Assembly: GCA_951406725.2 (NCBI GenBank)
Contig: OX597816.1
Span: 59,644,001 to 59,708,000 of the forward strand
DNA from: Octopus vulgaris
Taxonomy: Eukaryota
Direction of reading: 5' to 3'
DNA: 64,000 bases
Position numbers and translations under genes: made by a program. Positions within the stretch are counted from its first letter, which is position 1. The number at the start of each line of letters is the position of its first letter. This document shows positions 24,356-38,321 of the stretch, in pieces. The notes beneath the pieces are model-generated. The model was not told the origin of the DNA. It saw only the letters and a program-made list of their open reading frames with translations, and made no database searches.

Positions 24356-26739
24356 CATACATATATATATCTTTATTCTAGGCCGAAATATCGTAAGAAC
24401 CTTCATCAACCGCACAAACATAATTATAAGTTGGTTGACAAAGTAGAGACAAACTCGAAGAATGTTAATTTGGTTGCTATTTCTTGCAGGTCGAGCGACT
24501 ATGTGGAGGAAGTCGAAACTTCGTCGCAGATAAAATTGCGATGTTAAAAACAAGAAAAAAGTCACAAAAATTCAGCTATGGACTGGTTTAAAAAAAAATT
24601 TTTTTTCAGTCACTTATAAAATATTGGTATTTCTGAAGAATAGCGTCGGGAATTATCTCGTGCACCAAAAATTATAATTTATTTGGATGCTTTAAGCATC
24701 GTAGAGTATGATTCTGGAAAAAAAAAAAAAAAAGAATGAGGGGGATGGGGAAGATTTGTTGCCCTATCTTTCATTTAATTCTTCAGTAATAACTTGCGAA
24801 AACTTTTTTGATTCATGTTTTTAGACACAATCTGAAGAATCATGTTCTCAGATGTTGAAAGCATTTTTCAAAAGAAAGTCAAAACTGAAAAATTACAGAA
24901 AGAGGGAGAGGATGAAATTTCCATTGCCCCTCCCCTGCAATTTTTGCAGAATCTTTATCTAACAAACACATCCGAAGAAATGACGGTTATTTTGAAGTGC
25001 TAAGTAATTTCCGACTCCCTTCTACAAGAATACCAAGACTATTATTATCATCATCATCATCATCATCATATGTACATATACGTCGTTATTGAGAAGCGAA
25101 GACGCTTTAGTTGGTTTTGGATTGCATTTTAAACAGAACACGGGAAAGAGTTTAGGATAGAGAACGTTTTCTCTCTCTCTTTCACACAGACCTTAATAAA
25201 TGAACGAGCTTGGAAACTATATATAGATAATATGCATATATGCTAAGAGAAAATAATATATCTGCACAAAGAGAAGTACAAGAGAAAACAAAGAAAGAAA
25301 GCTATTTGACTCACTGTCTGGCTTTTTTATTCTTTATGTAGGTGTGACCAGGAATTAAACTGTTTTTATATAAGTATACTCGCTAATTGTAAATATTGAC
25401 ATTTGCAAATATCTCATCTGATTTCCTTCAAACCGGACACGTTTCCCTCAGATTTATATAGACGGAATATACGAGACATCAAACCTCATGTCATTCGAAG
25501 TATGAAGTGAGAATTCAGGAAAAAAAAAAAAGTCCGAGGTTAAAAAAAATTTTTTTAATGAATATGAATTTGTTGTATAGTGCCCAGGTGCACTAAAACT
25601 AAAACTTAAAAAAAAAAAAGGACACACGATAAAAGACCACAGGAAATTTCCAATTAAATCGCCGATTTAACGAACCTGTTTTTGTTTCATTTTATTTTAA
25701 GATATTGAATAAAATAGGACCTCCCCCCCACATAAGTTTAATGTCAAATTAAGTCGTCATTATGAACTAATCGTCGACTTTGCCTGTTATCCATTCGGGG
25801 TCAATACATTAAGTACCAGTTGAATACTGAGGACCGATGTAATCCACTTGACACCCCCACCTCTCCAAAAAATCAAGCCTTGTGCCTATAGTAGAAAGGA
25901 TTATGAACTGTGACGGCGATCTATCGGGAAGAAAAAATCAATTAAAACAGAGTATTTGTTCGTCAATTTCCCTAAAAATTATTATTTTTTTTTTAGTTTA
26001 ATCGCTTGTGTTTATGTATTTTTTGATTATGTATGTATGTGTTTATGTCTGTGTATGTATGTATATTTATGTAAGTATATGTATGTATGTGTTTACGTGC
26101 ATGTTTTGGTATTTAGCATTTGTTTCTATCTAAAATTGAGATCTTATTTCTGTCCTCTGAAATGAAATGAGTCCACAGGGCAATAAATTTATTTACTTTT
26201 AATTAACCGGAGTCTCTACATGGTCGCTCGAGCGACTAGAAATAGCCACCAAATATATCTTAAACCGTACCCTTGTTACCCTAAATAACAAAAGGACATA
26301 TTACATGCTACAAGTCTAAGAGGGTCACTCATGACTGGAATGCCCTTGATCATAGGTGTGCTCGACTAGAGTTGACCTAAACAACAACAATCTCAGTAAT
26401 CGGTCCCAATCTCACTGAGGGGTAAAATGATATTTTAAATACTTGCAGGGAGAGAGGGGAGAGAGAGAGAATAGAAACAGATTTGAAGGACTTTAACGTT
26501 CCACCTCTCTTTATTTCCTTATTTCATTCTGCCGTTTATAAAAAGTGGTTATTTTTTTACACCCAGGTCAGCCCTAATTCACTAAACAATGACTATAGGC
26601 ATTCAAACCAAAATCATCCAGATTTTTCCAGTATGTCCCTAGTACAAAATTACCCAATGTATCATATGACAGTAGAGCGTAGTTTGAAGGACATTTAGCC
26701 ACTAGTTTTAGCAGGTGGAGCGCCTACATAGATAGATAG

Positions 26740-26947
26740 ATATGCTTTATTTAAAAGCAGCAGAAATTCAACAAAACCTGTTACTCTGAGTTTTACGTTC
26801 CCGTTCGTCGGACAGTTCGACAAATGGGAACGTGAAACTCAGAATAACAGGTTTTGTTGAATTTCTGCTGCTTTAAATAAAGCATATTACTGGTATTTGA
26901 GTACTCTTTTTTCCACCTTGTTTCGCATTTATGTGTTTACTCCGGTG
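26740..26947. mobile_element. Foldback hammerhead-bearing insertion in (GATA)n (family G)
   Basis: ~70-bp arms at 26740-26810 and 26818-26887. Minus strand 26778-26815 reads CTGT CCGACGA ACG ggaa CGT AAAA CTC a GAG TA ACAG. Confidence 0.7.
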
Positions 26948-27833
26948 TAGATAGATAGATAGACAGATAGATAAAGAGAGAGTCACCTAGGCAAACATGT
27001 TAAGTAAAACAAAAATTATTTAACTGAACTGACAAATTTTGTTGAATCTTGGGAGAGTAATTATGCCAATTATAAACGTGTTGGTTCTATTTCACTTCTT
27101 TATTAGTCAATTCGTTAACATCTAACCAATAAACTAATCGATTTTTTTTTATTAATCGTTCGGTCAATTAATCAATAAGTTAAGCTTAATGACCCTCCCA
27201 AGGTACAACAAAGTATGTTTCAACAGAAGTTCACCTCAAGAATCTTGCACGCCAAATAAACGAAATAAACTGAAGGGCATGGTAGTTGGATGGGAGAAAA
27301 TATCAAAAATAAATTCTGAAGGCAAAAAATTCTTTCGAGAAAGGAAACAACCTAATTCCTTGTCTTTTTGCTTCTCGCCGAGGCAGTGACAGCCATTCCA
27401 AAAGTTTGTCCCGAGTGTGATTATTAAATTTTATGAAATATATCAAGAGAATGTAGTTTACGCTCTAAAAATCCTTACCGACACTCCACCGTTTATAAAG
27501 TTGTAATTTCTATCAGCCCTACTCGAACAGATCAATGATCAACGTCGTTTTTGTGGGTACAAAGAACCACCCGATGTCACCTTTCATTAAAATGCTTTAA
27601 TTAAAACACAAAGCCGATTAGTTTGTCGACATTTTCCGGGCGAAATAATGGTTTCTAATTGAGGCACCTGACAGGTACTTGGCTCTATATAGCCCGGAAA
27701 TGGGAAAATGAAAGGCAAAGTTGACCTCAGCAGGATTTGAACTCAGGATGGAAAGTGCTGGAACTAATACTACAGCACATCCTGCTAATCAACTAGCATT
27801 AGTGTTGTACTTTCACTTTCATTCAATAACTTC

Positions 27834-28205
27834 TTTTACTGGTTTCAGTCATTTGACTTTGGCCATGCTGGAGCACCGCCTTTCGTCGAACAAATCGACC
27901 TCCACGACTTATTCTTTGTAAGCCTAGTACTTATTCTATTGGTTACTTTTGCCGAACCGCGAAGTAACGGGGGCGTAAACACAATAGCATCGGTTGTCAA
28001 GCGATGGTGAGGGAACAAAGACAGACACAGAAATACATACATAAATGCACAACGGGCTTCTTTTCAGTTTCTGTCTGCCAAATCCACTCACAACGCTTTG
28101 GTCGGCCCGAGTCTGTAGTGGAAGGCAGTTACCCAAGGTGCCACGCAGTGGGACTGAACTCGGAACCATGTAGTTGGAATGCAAGCTTCTTACCGCACAG
28201 TCACT
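27834..28205 (-). mobile_element. SINE family 1, near full length
   Basis: Colinear with the reverse complement of 52213-52590; CpGs retained. Confidence 0.85.
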
Positions 28206-28783
28206 CGTTAATTTTTTTTTTTGTAAACTTTTGAAAATTTTAATTATTACGAGTCTTTTTTTAAATAGTGGGTGTATAGTCCTGTTTGATAATTTTATAT
28301 ATGCAGGTTGGGGTTTTGTCCCACACCAGTATCAGTATAAAATTTAAGTGTTTGTTGATGTTGACGTCTAGCCCTTGGCCAGACCTGATTCAACAAGTAT
28401 TAATCAAAGATGTTCAAAACATAACCATCTCAACTTATTTTGAGATAGTGAATTTACGTTCAAATGATGTATCCACATGGCATTCTTTTTCTCATGATTT
28501 GAAGGCGATTTAATTACTATTTCTAACAAGACACCTAGGAGGCCCTTCATCTGTTATAGTGGTGCATGTTGATAAGTACAGATTGACATTTCACACACAG
28601 AGTTTTTTTTTTATGAAGTATAACACAAGACGATGAATCGAGGGGTAATTATCAATTCCGTTTAAAGAAAAGAATATTCCAAGCTTCCCTTGGAAACTAT
28701 CGAACTTTTTGCACAACACAACTACGAAATAATAAAGGAGTATATAATACACATGCAATCATATATATATATACATATATATG

Positions 28784-28880
28784 GGCTAAGGTAAAGAATA
28801 CGTACACCCGGTGGTTAGGGTTAGTTTTAGGGTTTTTGTTACGCAGAAAACAGGTGGTGTGCTTATTTTTTACCTCTGCC
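28784..28880. mobile_element. ~100-bp MITE with 25-bp TIRs and internal TTAGGG-like motifs
   Basis: TIRs GGCTAAGGTAAAGAATACGTACACC and GGCAGAGGTAAAAAATAAGCACACC (reverse complement). Possible 9-bp TSD with 1 mismatch. A related partial copy lies at ~4882-4960. Confidence 0.6.
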
Positions 28881-28926
28881 AAATATATGTGGGTATATAA
28901 ACATGCATACATATGTATATATTGAC

Positions 28927-28970
<44 letters not shown>

Positions 28971-29519
28971 ACACACATATGGCCGTTACACACATGCACA
29001 CTCTCACATGTACATATATAATACACACATATATAAGCACATATACATGCATATACATATGTGAGACATGAAGTAAAGGCCTTAGAGAAGGCGGTGATGG
29101 GGATGACAGGTGATAAAGCTCTAACTACTATGACAGTAAGCTGCACAATATATATGTATATAGATACGTTCAGTTGAGAGGTGTTCAATTAATGGACATT
29201 ACCTCAGTTAAGAAACACCAGCAGCCGCACAGCTATATCAGATTGTGACAACATTTAGCAAGTTCTCTGTAATAATATTGATGCTAATTGACATGTTGGC
29301 AAGAGAAGGAAGTGGGAGTTCGGTCTGTTGTCGCACTGGATGCTGGGTAACTCGCCACGACATTGAAAAAAAAAAGTTACTTAGTTACCAATAAATAGTT
29401 CTTCCAAACGAATATCTTGCATTCTCATATCGAAACGAAACTAATTGTTATCGTTAGTAATGTTTTTTAATGGTTGGTTATAAAAAACATAGCGCTTATA
29501 AACGAAAGAGAAGGAAACT

Positions 29520-29649
29520 GGCTATTTTGACAGTGTCAGTCAAAGTTACCTCTCATGACGTCAGCTATGAGTCATAAATAAATTAATTGCCATTATTTGT
29601 TAGGACGCATGCGCAACTCTTTCGTAATCCGGGCACTATGCAGGTCAAT
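29520..29649 (+). promoter_or_regulatory. Probable Pol II promoter
   Basis: CRE TGACGTCA at 29556-29563, AP-1 TGAGTCA at 29568-29574 and NRF1-like ACGCATGCGCA at 29605-29615, in locally CpG-rich, repeat-free sequence. Confidence 0.65.
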
Positions 29650-29726
29650 ATGGCGCCCATCGGTGATCGAAGAGGAGAGACCGACCCTTTAGCCGGTCTG
29701 GAGGCTGGAGAATCGCAAAATTTATG
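29650..29726 (+). CDS. Probable first coding exon of an unidentified host gene (MAPIGDRRGETDPLAGLEAGESQNL, phase 2)
   Basis: Good start context aatATGG, GC-rich codons and donor TG|GTCAGT, directly downstream of the promoter motifs. Confidence 0.65.
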
Positions 29727-30386
29727 GTCAGTACATAATTTTAATATCTTCTCTAAAGCTTCTCTTAATACTCTATTCACCATTTTACTTTGCTGCTTGT
29801 TATACGTTTAAATCTCTTACCCGTACTCTGTCTGATGGGATGGCTACTCGCCCAGTTTGCCATTCCTATTAAATAATATTTGCTTCTGACAACTTTATTT
29901 ATCTGTCCCGTTACACTTATTTATACTTATTATCATCCCTATGTAAATCCATAACTTAGCACTATAAGAGTTCTATTTCATTAGCATAGCATTTTTTCGC
30001 TTTCTTTTTGCTGTATTCGTCTATTTTCAGCCCATCATTTTGATGTCATCTTTTTTTTTTTTTAAACCCACACCTAAGCTATCTTAACAGGAAGGAACCC
30101 TGGAAAATATTATCTCCACAAAATAACTACTGTAACTTATTACTCAGTGATTCGTTTATTATGTCATAATTTATGAAAGGAATTAATATGTGAAAGATGT
30201 TCGCTTGTTATAATTATTTTTTTATCATTCCATATTAGTGAGTCCAGCTATGTCAGTTAGCTGCTAGATTTTTTTTCTCTTTTTAATATGAGAAAATTAT
30301 ATTCACAAACCTGAGGTGAATGAGATAGTTTGATGCTATTTTAAACGATAGTGTATAAATTGTGTATGCATATATATATATGTATG

Positions 30387-30430
<44 letters not shown>

Positions 30431-30720
30431 CACACACACATGTATATATGTATGTGTATACATATATTGAATAAGATTGTTTATTGTTGAGATGACAGCT
30501 TATGAGTATACAGTTAGTGTGTATGTATACGCAGACATTTATACACAATTGTGTGTATATGTAGTTTTATGCCTTTTAGACGTCAGCTTATATGTATAAA
30601 AGTAAGCCAGCTGTTTGTCACACTTCCGTTTGTGGGTCAGGCCTTATTTCTTTGCAGTCATTGCATCTTGTACCCTGCCTTCATTTATCACGTGTAGAGG
30701 AAAAAAGAAAGTGCAATGAG

Positions 30721-30751
<31 letters not shown>

Positions 30752-31217
30752 CATATACATACACACATTAAGATTTGGCTGCGCTTGTTCTTTAAACATT
30801 GATAGTATTTCAGCTAAAGTCTTTTTCACTCCTGTCGCCACATTCAACAAGCTGATTGTAGTGGTCTATCTTCAACAAACATCAATACCGAGGTGCACCC
30901 AGAAAGTGGGTGGTTGAAAAATATTTATACTATAGAAATAATTGATTAAAGTCAGTTGTTTTATTTTGAAATTTGATAGTTTTTTTTTTCTTTTTTCTTC
31001 CAGTAGGTCATCTCTGTATTACTCATTTTTGCACGATCAATTATAAATAACCGTTTTAGACAATAATAATCAGTGCTTTTAAGTTGGTAAATCATAGAAA
31101 TATTATTATTTGCTATTATGTTCTTCATCTTTTAATATCCATCTTTGGGGCTCATTGCTGTTGACAATTATTGTCTTTGCATTTAAATGCGTGTGTGTGT
31201 GTATGTATGTATGTATG

Positions 31218-31263
<46 letters not shown>

Positions 31264-31291
31264 TGATTCGCAATTTCACAACCTAAAGGCA

Positions 31292-31341
<50 letters not shown>

Positions 31342-31369
31342 TGATTCGCAATTTCACAACCTAAAGGCA

Positions 31370-31426
<57 letters not shown>

Positions 31427-34400
31427 ATATATATAGTCTTTATACCGTTAAAGACTGATATTTTCGTTCCTGGCCGCTAGGAAATATATTAAAATTCTCT
31501 AAAAGGATGGTCTGTCATAGCTACTACTCTTAATTCAGAAATATGCTTGAGAATCACTTAAGCTGCTCAATAAATACGTACTTAGATTTATAGATATGTC
31601 GTTAAAATAAACAGTTTTAATGCTTACTATAAAAGCATAGTTTTTTTATCAAATTATTGATTTATTTCTGTTAATGCTTACCTGTGTTATTGTGTTTTTA
31701 CCAGCTGTAATCATGTTTTGCAGTAGTCCTGTTGCTTACAACCTGCAACATGGGATCTTCCGATATTGAACTGCGTAGTTCTAGCTTCAGTTTCTCTCGT
31801 TTTATATTAAGATATCTCTATTATATTCATTTATTAAAATGCTCCATACAGTGTATTTATAAAAACCAACAACGAAGAAGAAGAAGAAAAAAAAAGGAAT
31901 CTTCATTCATTTTTGTCTTTTCGTAATTGTCATCGTTTCGAATGTAAATTGTCTTCGAAATGTTCCAACATATGGTTTATTCATAAAATTGGCTGTTTTT
32001 TTTTTTCCACATTCCATTCTTTAATTGGCACCATTGTCCAAATTTTCCCATTCTAAGTCAAATGTCATATTAAGCATGGAACGGTTTTAATTTCCAGTTG
32101 TCAAAGTTCTCAGTTATAATTCAATTAACTTTAACTAATCAAAATGTTTTGTTATTAGTATGTATGATGTCAAGCGTAACTCATTATTTTTCAGTTTATT
32201 CCATGCCATACTGTAATGGTTTAAATTTTTCATTCATACATATATAAAATTATATGAAATATAAACCTCTCTCTTTCTATATGTGTCTTTGTGTCTTTTA
32301 TAATTATTTCTATATAAAACAAACAATAGTTCAATGAAATAAAAAAATAAGATTGGGCATGGTGTTTTATCACAGGAAGAAAAATGTTTTGTAAAGCATA
32401 ATAGTTAAATCACATTTTTTGCAGATTAATGATCATGTCATTATGTTGTATGGATCTCAAATTAGAATAATTTTGTATGATAAAACAATCTTATAAATGT
32501 TAATTATTGACAGAACATGGGCAAAGATGCAGAATTGGCTTAAGTAATCAAATTTCACAATATTTGTATTGAGAAATGTCTTGATATATGATACTTTTCA
32601 ATTCTTTGTGAGCATGAATGAGCACTTTTAATGGCAGTATATTAGCTGTTGGTCTAAATAATAATTTGCTCATTTGATGGAGGAGAGAGAAAAGCCATTG
32701 GGTGCAACATACTGGAATTAAGTTAAAGATCATGTGTTTTAAACATGGATTTCGAAGTGTATTAGCAGTAAAAAAAACCCAAAAAACAAAAGAACTTGAA
32801 ATTCCACTAGATGAAACATAGCCACCTTTGTTAGGAATATAGTTTATGTAATAAACATGTATTTTAATATTGTTGTGAATAATTAGATAGAAAAACTTGT
32901 TTGTTTTTTATGGAAGAAAATTGCTTCCTAAAGAAAATAGAGGTAACCCATTTTGGGCTGTTGTGAAAGAAATTAAAAAAACCTGTCATAATGTTTAATT
33001 ATTGTAGAAGAGAAATCAGTTGACCTTCAGTAGTGAAATTATCTGCTGTTTGACCAGTTGTATTAAATGTCATCTTGCTGGTAAGGGAATAGACTCAATC
33101 TCATCAATTTACTGTGAGTTTAACTCGATGTGAGTTGTATGAACTAAATGTCTTTATAGATAGGTTGTAATGAAGATATTTTAGTAGTTTACTGACTGAA
33201 TTATATACACGAACATGTTGTGTATTTTCTTAGCTGTAAAAATTATTTCTTTTCTACTTGGGGTAACTTTGTGAGGTGGATATTTGGTAGACAGAAACCG
33301 AAAGAAGCCTCTGTGTTTGTGATTTTGCATGATAGTTAATGTGACTGTCGTACAGATGATATCATTTCCAATATTCTGCAAAACCATGTCTGGGGAAGTA
33401 TTACCTTCTTTAGAAACAAGTATGGGTTGGCAACAGGAAGAGCATCACCAACCCTACAAAATCATTCTAAAAATTAACCATTACCTCATCAAAATCTCAA
33501 AACTGTGATATAATGCATGGTTAATTCAAAACAATGTGAAGAAGCATTACTTTAGATGAAATAATTTGAATGTGAAAGGCTTAAATGATGATGACAAATC
33601 ACTTAAATTGTTTTTTCAAATTTCTTTTTGTTTTTTAATATAGTATTAGTCCAACAAATTGGGTTTATTGATGAAACCAGTTACATCCAGGGTTTCTCTG
33701 TTCTCCTTTAAATTGATCTCTGAGCTATCTCTAGAAACCTGTATGTACATAAAATACTTTCGGCTAAGGAAGTCTGCACTGTCTGTTAATGTATTTTATT
33801 ATCCAATGCCCAGAGATAGGGCTACTGAACCATGTTTGGGGAGCTTTATGAAAGACAGATTTCCAAAATGATTGCAGATCTTACCAGAACGCAATATTAA
33901 ATATTAATGGTACTATTGACGTTTCCATAGATACGTTAATGATGTTAATGGATTTGGCCAGTGTTGACCGTATAACATTACTTAAAGAGAAAACAATGTC
34001 AGAAAGGTGTTGTCATTTGTTTTCTCAAATGATCTTTCTAAACTGAAAGAGTTATTGTGATTTCCATATTTGTATTTCTAACGAAGCATTGAAAGACTAT
34101 ACTGTGTGTGCATGCAATAACAAAGATGTTCTTGTGTTACCCTAACTCAGCTACTCAACTCTGGTGACCAAACCTGTCAATCAAAAGCAATTCGATTGTG
34201 ATTATGCTCCACCTTTTTAAGGAGTGCCTGAGACTACATTATTTAATGACCTCTACCCCTCCCCCACCTTTTTTTTAAACAGTTGGGTGTTATTTGAGGG
34301 AAATTTTGTTACTCTTTCATAAATATAAAAATAATACAAATTCAAAATTTACATCCTGCCTCTGCACTAGAACAATAGGCAACTAAAACTGTCTGACTAC

Positions 34401-37399
34401 TTAGAAAATGCTTCATAATCTCTGACATTTTCTCAGAGACACCCCACATTCCTTATTTTAGTAGTGGAGTAGTTCTAAACGGTTCACAAAAATGTGAAAA
34501 TGGCCTACACTATTACTTCCACATTTTTTAGGCACACCCACTGTGCACACATAGGCTAGCAAGGGAGCCTCTCTCTCAATATGCTGGCAATAGCAGCTGA
34601 CTCTCCCTCATAGCACTCCTTAATGTCTTATTAAAAAAAAGTGTTGGGTAATCTGATCCTAGGTTTTTGGACTTAGGGCAAAGACGGAATGGTCATGGCT
34701 GGACTGCCTTTTAATCATAGGTCTAATCAACAGCTACCCATGCATCTATGCCCCAGCTGTATGATATATATACACACACTTATAACTTTCTGTCAAACTA
34801 TATTCTTCCTTTATTTCTTCAATCTCCAAGTTCTTCAGTTGTCTCTTTTATTGTATCTTAGTGCCCACCTTGCTCAATGTTTCCCATTTCCTTCACAGCT
34901 TACTTCTCTTTCAATTACTACCAATTCTCTTAACTGAAATTGTATGAAAATGATAAAGGCACTTGTCTATCTCTTGAACAAATAGCATGTAAATCAAAAT
35001 GGTGTTGCTTTTGGACTTCATCTATTTCTTTTGCCACCACATTCTGAATGGCTTGTTTCAGCTGGGATAATATGCATTCGTCTCTGTCTTGACATTACAT
35101 GATACTTGCAAATATGTGTCAGCCATATAATGTCCTTCGTTTCCAAGCTTACATGTCTGGTCATAGGAAGTATAACTTGGAAACAAGCCAGGGTTGGTGA
35201 CAGGAAGGGCATCCAGCTGTCCAAAAATCCACTTCTGTGAATTCAGTCTGACCTATGTGAAAATGGAGAAGTGAACATTAAAACTATGATGCTTGGAATT
35301 CATTTTAAAATTTAGGCATATCACATATGAAGTATTAAGATATTTATGTTGCTTGGTCCTGGATAATCTCTAGTTTAGAGGCTATTCAGGACTTGTTATC
35401 CACTGTCATCAAACATATTTCTGATAACTGAATTTAGGTTGTTCCAATTCATTATCATTTAACATCCACTTTTCCATGCATGTTAGATTTGTTGAGGCAG
35501 ATTTTCTATGGCTGGATGCCCTTCCTGTTACCAACAATCACTTGTTTACAAGTAAGGCCATATTTCCTGTGACCAGACATGTTTTCTGCTGAAGGCTGAA
35601 AACGAATGTTTATTTGACAGTAATACTCATTTATTACCATCATGTGATGTCCATACAAACAAATATATATGACAGGCTTCTTTCAGTTTCTACCTATCAA
35701 ATCCACTCACAAGTTTTTGGTCAGCCTGTGACTATAGTAGAAGGCACTTGTAAGATTCCACACATTGGGACTGACCCAATGACCACAGGGTTAAGAAAGC
35801 TTCTCAATTACATAACCAAGTCTACACCTTCAAGTTTGTTTGAGATATATCGTGCATGACCTTCGGAAATGGTAAAATATTGGAAGGAAGATTAGAGAAT
35901 GGATTGTAAGCATTTTATCAAACAGCCAACATTCTACATTAACTCTTCTTCTTAGGTATGGCTACTTAAGTAGTTTACTTTGCAACCACAAGATTTCAAG
36001 TTCAGTCTCACTGTGTGGCACCTGAGGAATATATCTTCTATAGTTGAGGCTGACCAAAAACTTGTGTGGAATAGGTTAACGGAAACTGAAAGAAACCCGT
36101 CACACGCATGTGTTTCTTTACATTTTTGCTTCCCCAAATGTTGCTGAGTAACGAGTGGCCGTGTCTTCATTTCTCCTCTCAACAAATCATCTGATCTTGC
36201 AGCTTGGGGTATGAGACCCCTAATCTGAAAATTATATAACAGTAACTGATTGGGCATCTGATTGTAAAACAAAAGCTTCAATGTATTTGTCTATCCCTTA
36301 GAAAAACAAATATGACCAAATATTCTGTGTTAAATTTCTTCCCTTCTCATAGGATCCCAATTACCCCTCTTGAAATACCAACCAGATATATTGGTAGAAA
36401 ATACAGACTTTTAAATTATAAGATATTTTAATTATATATGCATACAAATATGTTGATGTTAAATAAAAGTGCATAATGCACTGTTGTAACCTGAGGTCAG
36501 CTCTAACCAACAGATAGCCAGCCATGTGATTAGACATGATCCATAAATCTATTATTCTAGTTATGCCGTATCTCTTTCTTGTAGAATATCATATTGCACA
36601 CTTTGGCACATAGTGTAAATACTGCTCTCCACTCGTTTCTGAATACCTTGAGAGTGTAATAGTTGACTCTGGTCAGAGTGCAGCAGTTACCATTCTTTTG
36701 CATCTGCTATTGGGTAATAGACATGCTATTGTTGTCTTTCCTCACATCTTTGTTCCATCTGTACTACTAAGCCTACCACTCCCAATCTTCTGTCTTGTCT
36801 CTCTTCCACCTCCCTCCCCTTCCTTGTCCTAGATTGCCAAGTATCTCCCCTGTAATAAGACAGCTATTCTTGTCCCATGATCATACTCTAGCTTCTAGCC
36901 TAGCACACAGCCACCTCTGTCAGTTCCTCTCCCTCTCTCAGCTGAGAGAGGGTGAGGAACTGAATTTGGTTAATGGGAACCATGTCATGTGAATGGCTGT
37001 ATAGGTTTTGTATGTATGTCTTTTGCCATAAGCATAGAATGTAAATATTGAAAGCAATGAGAAAAGTCAGTTTTCTTGGTGCAAAGTCCCTTATGATATT
37101 TGTTCTGTACTAAAACACTCCCTTGTCACTCATCATATAGTGAACCAGTTACTGTCCTCTTGAGAATCTGTGAATATTTTACAATTTTCTTAATCTTTTA
37201 TCTTTTACTTGTTTCACTCATTAGACTGTGGCCATGCTAGGGTACTGCCTTGAATTTTTAGTCGAATGAATGGATCGCAGTACTATTTTTTAAGCCTGGT
37301 ACTTATTCTATCTGTCTCTTTTGCCAAACCGTTAAGTTCTGGGGATGTATACGCACCAACACCGGTTGTCAAGTGATAAGGGGACAAACACACACATAC

Positions 37400-38275
37400 A
37401 CATCATCATCATCATCATCGTTTAATGTCCGCTTTCCATGCTAGCATGGGTTGGATGATTTGACTGAGGGCTGGCAAACCAGATGGCTGCACCAGGCTTC
37501 AATCTTGATCTGGCAGAGTTTCTACAGCTGGATGCCCTTCCTATCGCCAACCACTCCGAGAGTGTAGTGGGTGCTTTTACATGCCACTGGCATGGGGCCA
37601 GTCAGGTGGTACTGGTTACGACCTCGCTCAAATCTTTTACACATGCCACTGGCACAGGTGCCTGTAAGGTGATGCTGGTAACAATCACACTCGAATGATG
37701 TCTTTTATGTGCCACCGGCACGGAGGCCAGATAGCTGCTCTGGCAACAATCATGCTCGGATGGTGCTCTTAATACCCTACTAGCATGGGGCTCAAATGCC
37801 AGTAAGGTGACGCTAGTAACGATCACACTTGAATGGTGCCTTTTAAGTGCCTCTGCCACGGAAGCCAGTTAGCCGCTCAGTCAGTGATCACATTCATATG
37901 GTGCTCTTTGCACCCTGTTAGCATGGACGCTAGTCATCGATTTTGATTTCACTTGCCTCAACAGGTCTTCGCAAGCAGAGTTTTAGTGTCCAAAGAAGGA
38001 AAGGTACACATAGTGGGCTGGTTACGCCCCTGGCATAGGCCATGAGATTATGGTCTCATTTGGCTTACCTGGTCTTCTCACGCACGGCATATTTCCAAAA
38101 GTCTCGGTCACTAGTCATTTCCTTGGTGAGGCATAAAGTTCGAAGGTCATGCTTCACCACTTTATCCCAGGTCTTCCTGGGTCTACCTCTTCCAGTTTCC
38201 CTCAACTGCTAGAGTGTGACACTTTTTCACACAGCTATCCTCATCCATTCTCGCCACCTGACCGTACCAGCACCG
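37400..38275 (-). mobile_element. RTE 3' portion nested in a SINE family 1 copy (~37200-38482)
   Basis: (CAT)n tail, 3' UTR subrepeats and WYGQVARMDEDSCVKKC. Confidence 0.85.
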
Positions 38276-38282
38276 TTGTGTG

Positions 38283-38321
<39 letters not shown>

